Shown here piece after piece: positions 58,946 to 64,000 of a stretch of DNA of 64,000 nt. The stretch's first letter is position 1. Every line of letters begins with the position of its first letter. The notes below the pieces were generated by a model. That model worked only from the letters and a program-made list of their open reading frames with translations, was not told the origin of the DNA and ran no database searches. Both the position numbers and the translations under genes were made by a program. Source of the DNA: a virus; IMG/VR virus record IMGVR_UViG_3300045988_019905, one strand, 5' to 3'.

Positions 58946-59665
58946 TTATTTACCATTTACATTTTTAATAAATTCAGCATAAGTAAGATTAGGATTAGCT
59001 TGAGTCGCTATTTGAAACTTCTTGAAAAGTTCAGCTTCTTTATTAGCTTCTTCTACAATCTTAGCTTTCTTATCTTTTATGTTTTTAAGCTGCATATCCA
59101 GCAACTCTTTACCACGAGGACTATTAGAAACTTTACCTTTAACAGAATTGATAAGTTCTTGCTGTATTAAAAATTGAAGTTCTTGTTCAATACCAGCATA
59201 AGTTTGGTCTTGTGCAAGAATTTGTTTTTGGTCATTAGTAAGAGAAGCAATCTCTTTATCTATTTCTTCCCATACATTAACTTGTGGTTGAGCAGCAACA
59301 GCAGGTGGAATAAGTTGAGTACGAATCTTATTAAGACGTTCTATCTCTTGATTAACGGCTGTAAAGTAATCTTCGTTTGGATTAACTCTTCCACCAAGTA
59401 GTGGGTCAACTTGACCTAAATTGAATTGATATTGTGGAGTCATAACGAAAGGTATTATATGTCTGTGCCATTTACAAAATCCAAATGTATAACTACAAAC
59501 ATAAAGTATAGTTATATTTGCTATTGAATTACCAAGAAGAAAATCACCAATATAATCAAATTCAAGATTAACATCATACTTATATAAAGTGTTATTAACA
59601 AGCATGCCCACCAGTTGTATGGTGGGCATATATTTAATCAGTAATACAAATAGTTTCTTCATCAT
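58946..59665 (-). CDS. membrane-anchored coiled-coil protein (239 aa, start uncertain)
   Basis: Hydrophobic N-terminal region followed by a Gln/Glu/Lys-rich helical region. Alternative ATGs at 59629 and 59605 are embedded in a 9-bp hairpin. Confidence 0.55.
   Translation of the reverse strand: MMKKLFVLLIKYMPTIQLVGMLVNNTLYKYDVNLEFDYIGDFLLGNSIANITILYVCSYTFGFCKWHRHIIPFVMTPQYQFNLGQVDPLLGGRVNPNEDYFTAVNQEIERLNKIRTQLIPPAVAAQPQVNVWEEIDKEIASLTNDQKQILAQDQTYAGIEQELQFLIQQELINSVKGKVSNSPRGKELLDMQLKNIKDKKAKIVEEANKEAELFKKFQIATQANPNLTYAEFIKNVNGK
59604..59629. other. perfect 9-bp hairpin sequestering two candidate start codons
   Basis: ATGCCCACC (59604-59612) - 8 nt - GGTGGGCAT (59621-59629). Confidence 0.6.
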
Positions 59666-59730
59666 TTGCTATTACCCGGTTTCTTAGGACCAGTAGTCCC
59701 TGTACCTTTGTTTGGTCTTCCTTTTGCCAT
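59662..59730 (-). CDS. possible 22-aa basic peptide
   Basis: Translated by hand: MAKGRPNKGTGTTGPKKPGNSK. Its TGA overlaps the ATGATG of the next gene. Confidence 0.2.
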   Translation of the reverse strand: MAKGRPNKGTGTTGPKKPGNSK

Positions 59731-59762
59731 AGCTTTAGGAATTTTAATTGGTTAAACATTTG

Positions 59763-60089
59763 TTATTTCATACAGTCGTCCACTTGTTTGTATCCTATAC
59801 CAAATTTCATAAAGATAGGACGTAGAATCCAACTCCAAAATATAGGAGTAAGAATAGCAGAATTAAGTAGTACAATTTTATTATCATAATCAAGAGCAAG
59901 ATAAACAGCAGTAACTACTACGATAGACACAAGAAGAATTGTGCGTTTTAACCATGTAGGAACTTTAGCATCACCATTAAAATAATCTACTACTTTAATC
60001 AGTATGTAGGTAAGGACGTTCACTATGAACACATAAGCGAAATCAAAGTTATTAATAATTTGCTTAATTACAATATCTATATAATCCAT
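59763..60089 (-). CDS. three-TM small membrane protein, holin-like (108 aa)
   Basis: ATG 60089 (MDYIDIVIKQ...). Hydrophobic segments are FAYVFIVNVLTYILIKVV, TILLVSIVVVTAVYLAL and AILTPIFWSWILRPIF. The function is inferred only from size and topology. Confidence 0.4.
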   Translation of the reverse strand: MDYIDIVIKQIINNFDFAYVFIVNVLTYILIKVVDYFNGDAKVPTWLKRTILLVSIVVVTAVYLALDYDNKIVLLNSAILTPIFWSWILRPIFMKFGIGYKQVDDCMK

Positions 60090-60108
60090 ATCTAAAATTA
60101 TTTTTAAA

Positions 60109-61089
60109 TTAAACATTTGAAGTAATAGTCCAACCTTTAGCTTCAGCACGAGCAATAGCAGCTAAGCCAGCTTCGGTTGCTTGAAGTTTTCTAAGATTAT
60201 ACGTATTACCAACTCCTTGACTTTTAGGAGAAGCAGTTGTATCAATAAGCCCATCAAGAATAGCTATTAAAGTTTCAACAGAATGTTGTTGTCCATAAGC
60301 TTGAATTTGAAATTGAGAAATGTTACTAACATTCTTAACAAAAGTAATATAACTAAAATCAAATTTACCAGTAAAATTACTAAAATCTCCTCCTTTTAGA
60401 AATTCACAAGAACTACCTCTCCAAGTATATCCTGTAACAGTATCTGTAATAGGAACAGAATCAGTAGCATCAAGAGCAACTAAATCTGGAGTATCATGAT
60501 ATTTAAAACACATAGTAGTATTTTTACAAGCAACTAATCTAAATAGATTAAGATTACCATTATTTGAACTTTTAGTATCATCAATAGATACCATAGGAAA
60601 TTCATAAAAACAATGAATACTATCGTCAATAGTAATATTATTATGGAATAGAACTATAACATATTTATAATTATATCCTTCAGCATCAATATAATTTAAA
60701 TCATTAAAAGCACTAAGTGGTAAATCAAATGCAGTATCTCCACTTTCATAAGCATATAAAGTATCACCAATAACCCAAGCTTTGTTAGCAACATTATTAT
60801 TCCAACGATATATACTTTTAATCCAAGAATATTCTCTAAATGCAAATATATTACCAGCTTTATAATCAGTATATTGAGCAAGAGCATTATTAAGTAATAC
60901 TTTCATTCGTCCAAGAACGTCTTCATAACTTTCAAGTTCAGGAGTTCCACCTCCACTAATAGCTGAAATTTTACTTGGATAATCAGCAAACTTAGCATCT
61001 CCAACAGTAACTCCTTTAGCTTCAATAGCAGCTTTAATAGCTGTCTTTGTTTGAAGAACTTTATTAAGTTTATCAATAGTAGTTCCCAT
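60109..61089 (-). CDS. tail fibre-associated / receptor-binding-type protein (326 aa)
   Basis: ORF coupled (TAATG) to the upstream fibre gene. No diagnostic motif. Confidence 0.45.
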   Translation of the reverse strand: MGTTIDKLNKVLQTKTAIKAAIEAKGVTVGDAKFADYPSKISAISGGGTPELESYEDVLGRMKVLLNNALAQYTDYKAGNIFAFREYSWIKSIYRWNNNVANKAWVIGDTLYAYESGDTAFDLPLSAFNDLNYIDAEGYNYKYVIVLFHNNITIDDSIHCFYEFPMVSIDDTKSSNNGNLNLFRLVACKNTTMCFKYHDTPDLVALDATDSVPITDTVTGYTWRGSSCEFLKGGDFSNFTGKFDFSYITFVKNVSNISQFQIQAYGQQHSVETLIAILDGLIDTTASPKSQGVGNTYNLRKLQATEAGLAAIARAEAKGWTITSNV

Positions 61090-64000
61090 TATATAATCTC
61101 TCCATTTATATTATCTAAAGAAGCATTGATTATTCCAACAGTATTAGTTATTTGAGTAGTTACCCACTCTTCAGTAGCATAACCATCTAATGATGGAGTA
61201 CTTCCAGGTGCACCTGTATCTCCTTTTGGTATTCCAACATTTACTTTATAAATAGGATTACCTTGTTGGTCATCTCCAATTTTAGTTATATTACAAGTAG
61301 CAGGTTGGTCAGGTTCGAGAGTAGTAATAGTTCCTGTTTCAAATACAGGAGTCTTTCCATCTACACCATTACTACCATCGGCTCCACGTGGAATACCAAA
61401 ATCTATTTTATAAATAGGATTGCCACTAACATCTGTACCATCTTGACGAACATTTGCAGTAGCAGCTCCACCAGCATCGACAGTTGTAACATTACCTATC
61501 TGCATAACAGGAGTCTTGCCATCAGCTCCGCCTCCTCCACCAGATTCAGGATAAGTAATCCAAGTACTACCATTCCACCAAGTAGGCTTACCTAAAGAAG
61601 TATCAAAATATTTAAAACCATTAGGTATCTTAGTATATCTATAATTAGGTCGTTGAGATGTAGTTCCACTTGTTCTTATAGCAGAAGATAATTCATAAGG
61701 TAAAACTATTGCATCGGTTAACCAATCATCAATAGTAACAGTAGCATTTTCAGATAAAGTAAAATTATTTCCATCAATAGCAGTAATAGTAGCAGTACCA
61801 TTATTTATATAATCAGAATTTACTATATCTCCTACTTTCCAATCCCAAATACTAATAGAACAAACAACTACATTACTACCTTGAGTAAATTTAGCACTTG
61901 TATGATAATGTAGTCTACCACCTTTTAATACTTTATATATAGTATTATTAGATTCTAATAGTATAAAATCGCCAGCACTTAATGTAACAGTAATTCCTGA
62001 TTTATTAGGAGTTAAATAAGGATAATTAGTTTCAGTATTAAAGCCATTAGTTCTAAGAATACCTATATTAGTTTGATATCCATATTTATAAGCAGAACTA
62101 AAAGAAGTTTTAATGCTTTGATAAGAATAATTAATTCCATTAGAAGAAGTATCATTAAGATCTATAGGAAAATTAGCATTTACATCATCATAATTAATAC
62201 TAAATAAATTATCATTAATATTTATTCCTGAACAATGTTGTACTTTAGTAATATATTTTGGACCAACATTTTTAGCAGTAGAAGTATTAATAATATTATT
62301 ACTAATGTTTACATTTCTAGTTCGTCCTCCAGATTGAGTAGAACATATAATTATAGCATAATCTATACTACCAGCAGATGCACCAATTTGATTATTACTA
62401 ATTTCTAAGTTTGATACATTAGTTATATAATTAGCTCCAGTAGCTCCTTGAATTATACCAAAAGTAAATACAGCAGGAGGAACATTATCAAAATAATTAA
62501 TAAGTTGATTATAATCAGCACATTCAAAATAGTTATTTCTTACTGAAAGATTATGAATACCACTAAGAGCAATTGCTCCTTTAATATTACCTTCTAATTC
62601 ATTTCCTTGTATAATACCTCCAAAACCTCCACCTGTAATAGGAGTGGGTTCTGCTTCAATAGCTGCACCAGCTAATTGTTGAAAAATACAATTTTGAATA
62701 CTTTGTAATGTTGGTTGATAAGTTTCGTGTGAATAATGTATTCCACCACCTTTAGTAGAATTAACACCAATACATCTTTCAAAAACATTAAGAAAAATAT
62801 TATTATTAACTACACTATGTAAATGATAAATACCTTTTTCAAATTTAGCAAATCCACCATAAACTTTTACGTCAACACAAGTACTTCTAATTATTTCATA
62901 TAATAGGATAGCACTATCTAATTGAGAATCTTTAGTTATGTATATAGCAAAATTAGATAAATAATCGTATTGAGAAATAATATTATTATTTTTATTAATA
63001 GATAATACAGATGCAGAAATATTATTAATAGAAGCTATTAATCCAGTATCAGTACCATTTCCTATAATATTAGTACCATTAGTATAATATGCAACTACAT
63101 TAATATCTATTTCTTTAGTCACATAATATAATGCACTTAATATAATTGTATGAATATTAGTATTAACTAATACTTCTTTAACTTTATCAAAAGCATCATT
63201 AGAATCAATAAGACTTTCTTTTAAAGTTATAAGACCAGTACTATTATTAATAACATTTTTTTTATAAGGAGTAGCACCATACCATTCAGGATAAATACCA
63301 TTTATTTTCCAAGTACCATCTAAAGAAATATCCTCATTAAATATTTTAATAAGTTGAGCACTTATAACTGTATCATTTCCTACAATAGTACCATTAGATA
63401 AACTACCTCCCTCAAATAAAAGAATACAATTATTAGGAACTACAACAGTTCTTCCATCCAAATCATAATCATATTGAATATGATAAATAGTACTTGAACT
63501 ATTAAATGCATTGTAAGCAAGAATATTCTTACCGTTTACAATATTCTTACGAAGATAAACTCTACCAAGACCACTAAACTCACTAATGTTATATTCTTTA
63601 TCATTAAGCTTAAGTTTATCATCAACAACAGTTATATCTTCTTCATCAGGATTATTAATATATTCGTTAGTGATATTATTAGTAACATGAAATTCACTAA
63701 TAGGAACAAGCAAACTCCAAGTACCACCTTTATCATAACTTACTTCAATACCTTGTTCAGTTAAACGAAGAGTTGGACTAATACCATCATCTCCGTCATC
63801 ACCATCTTCTCCTGGTTTACCTTGAGGTAATCCTAAGTCCATACGATAAACAGGATTACCCTCATGATTATTTCCTTCATAAACTAATTTAAAAGTAGGT
63901 TCAGCACCATAAGGAAGAGATGTAATATTACCAGCTCTTAAAACTGGAGTCTTACCATCTTTGCCAGTTCCACCTCCACCTCCTTCTTCAATTAGTTTAT
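61089..64000 (-). CDS. tail fibre/tailspike with a beta-helix core and repeated fibre modules (5' end outside the window)
   Basis: The frame stays open upstream of the track start (63842) to the window edge (...EEGGGGGTGKDGKTPVLRAGNITSLPYGAEPTFKLVYEGNNHEGNPVYRMDLGLPQGKPGEDG). Parallel beta-helix-like repeats are present (IHNLSVRNNYFE, VSNLEISNNQIG, RNVNISNNIINT, GININDNLFS). Two further DGKTPV...GNPIYK..GIP.G modules lie at the C-terminus. Confidence 0.65.
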   Translation of the reverse strand, partial: KLIEEGGGGGTGKDGKTPVLRAGNITSLPYGAEPTFKLVYEGNNHEGNPVYRMDLGLPQGKPGEDGDDGDDGISPTLRLTEQGIEVSYDKGGTWSLLVPISEFHVTNNITNEYINNPDEEDITVVDDKLKLNDKEYNISEFSGLGRVYLRKNIVNGKNILAYNAFNSSSTIYHIQYDYDLDGRTVVVPNNCILLFEGGSLSNGTIVGNDTVISAQLIKIFNEDISLDGTWKINGIYPEWYGATPYKKNVINNSTGLITLKESLIDSNDAFDKVKEVLVNTNIHTIILSALYYVTKEIDINVVAYYTNGTNIIGNGTDTGLIASINNISASVLSINKNNNIISQYDYLSNFAIYITKDSQLDSAILLYEIIRSTCVDVKVYGGFAKFEKGIYHLHSVVNNNIFLNVFERCIGVNSTKGGGIHYSHETYQPTLQSIQNCIFQQLAGAAIEAEPTPITGGGFGGIIQGNELEGNIKGAIALSGIHNLSVRNNYFECADYNQLINYFDNVPPAVFTFGIIQGATGANYITNVSNLEISNNQIGASAGSIDYAIIICSTQSGGRTRNVNISNNIINTSTAKNVGPKYITKVQHCSGININDNLFSINYDDVNANFPIDLNDTSSNGINYSYQSIKTSFSSAYKYGYQTNIGILRTNGFNTETNYPYLTPNKSGITVTLSAGDFILLESNNTIYKVLKGGRLHYHTSAKFTQGSNVVVCSISIWDWKVGDIVNSDYINNGTATITAIDGNNFTLSENATVTIDDWLTDAIVLPYELSSAIRTSGTTSQRPNYRYTKIPNGFKYFDTSLGKPTWWNGSTWITYPESGGGGGADGKTPVMQIGNVTTVDAGGAATANVRQDGTDVSGNPIYKIDFGIPRGADGSNGVDGKTPVFETGTITTLEPDQPATCNITKIGDDQQGNPIYKVNVGIPKGDTGAPGSTPSLDGYATEEWVTTQITNTVGIINASLDNINGEII

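Noticed and set aside
1-64000. tRNA genes, rRNA, CRISPR arrays, integrase/transposase genes and stop-codon reassignment.
   Set aside because: I saw no T-loop-like GGTTCGAATCC-type segment with matching stems, no regularly spaced direct repeats and no recombinase motifs. ORFs of 4453, 1969 and 1511 aa are uninterrupted in the standard code, and TAG, TAA and TGA all terminate genes, so there is no sign of recoding here. A tRNAscan/Infernal run is still needed to exclude small RNAs.
61089-64000. Diversity-generating retroelement or shufflon acting on the repeated tail-fibre modules.
   Set aside because: The window contains no reverse transcriptase, no invertase and no template/variable repeat pair with adenine-specific differences. 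The repeats are diverged protein modules.

Overview
This window is an AT-rich, gene-dense dsDNA phage sequence that looks like a crAss-like (Crassvirales-type) podophage of Bacteroidota. The left arm (1-25.7 kb, + strand) carries about 39 mostly small early and replication genes. Recognisable products are an SF1B helicase, a family B DNA polymerase, a DnaG-like primase, an SSB with a DDLPF tail, an ATP-dependent DNA ligase, a dNMP-kinase-like P-loop protein, ThyX, dUTPase, a thioredoxin-like protein and a DUF932 protein. This arm converges at a bidirectional terminator (25851-25907) on the right arm (25.9-64 kb, - strand). The right arm encodes tail-fibre/tailspike-like proteins, several small structural or membrane proteins and a 1511-aa tail-type protein. 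It ends in a 24-kb run of five genes for putative internal/ejected virion proteins (202, 652, 874, 1969 and 4453 aa). The 4453-aa ORF carries a DFDVD motif of the crAss-type virion RNA polymerase. I recognised no rRNA, tRNA, CRISPR array, integrase or transposase by eye. Two signals are not explained by the genes. (1) A GC-rich 12-23 nt motif (C-run + GTAG + purine-rich arm) occurs at 18 or more sites, in both orientations, both between genes and in-frame inside nine unrelated genes. Its orientation order is non-random, and some pairs form 15-16 bp perfect inverted repeats. (2) A 106-nt conserved intergenic element has three full and two partial copies, each placed after a gene and usually about 30-80 nt before the next start codon. 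All coordinates and motif counts were obtained by eye from the sequence and need computational confirmation.
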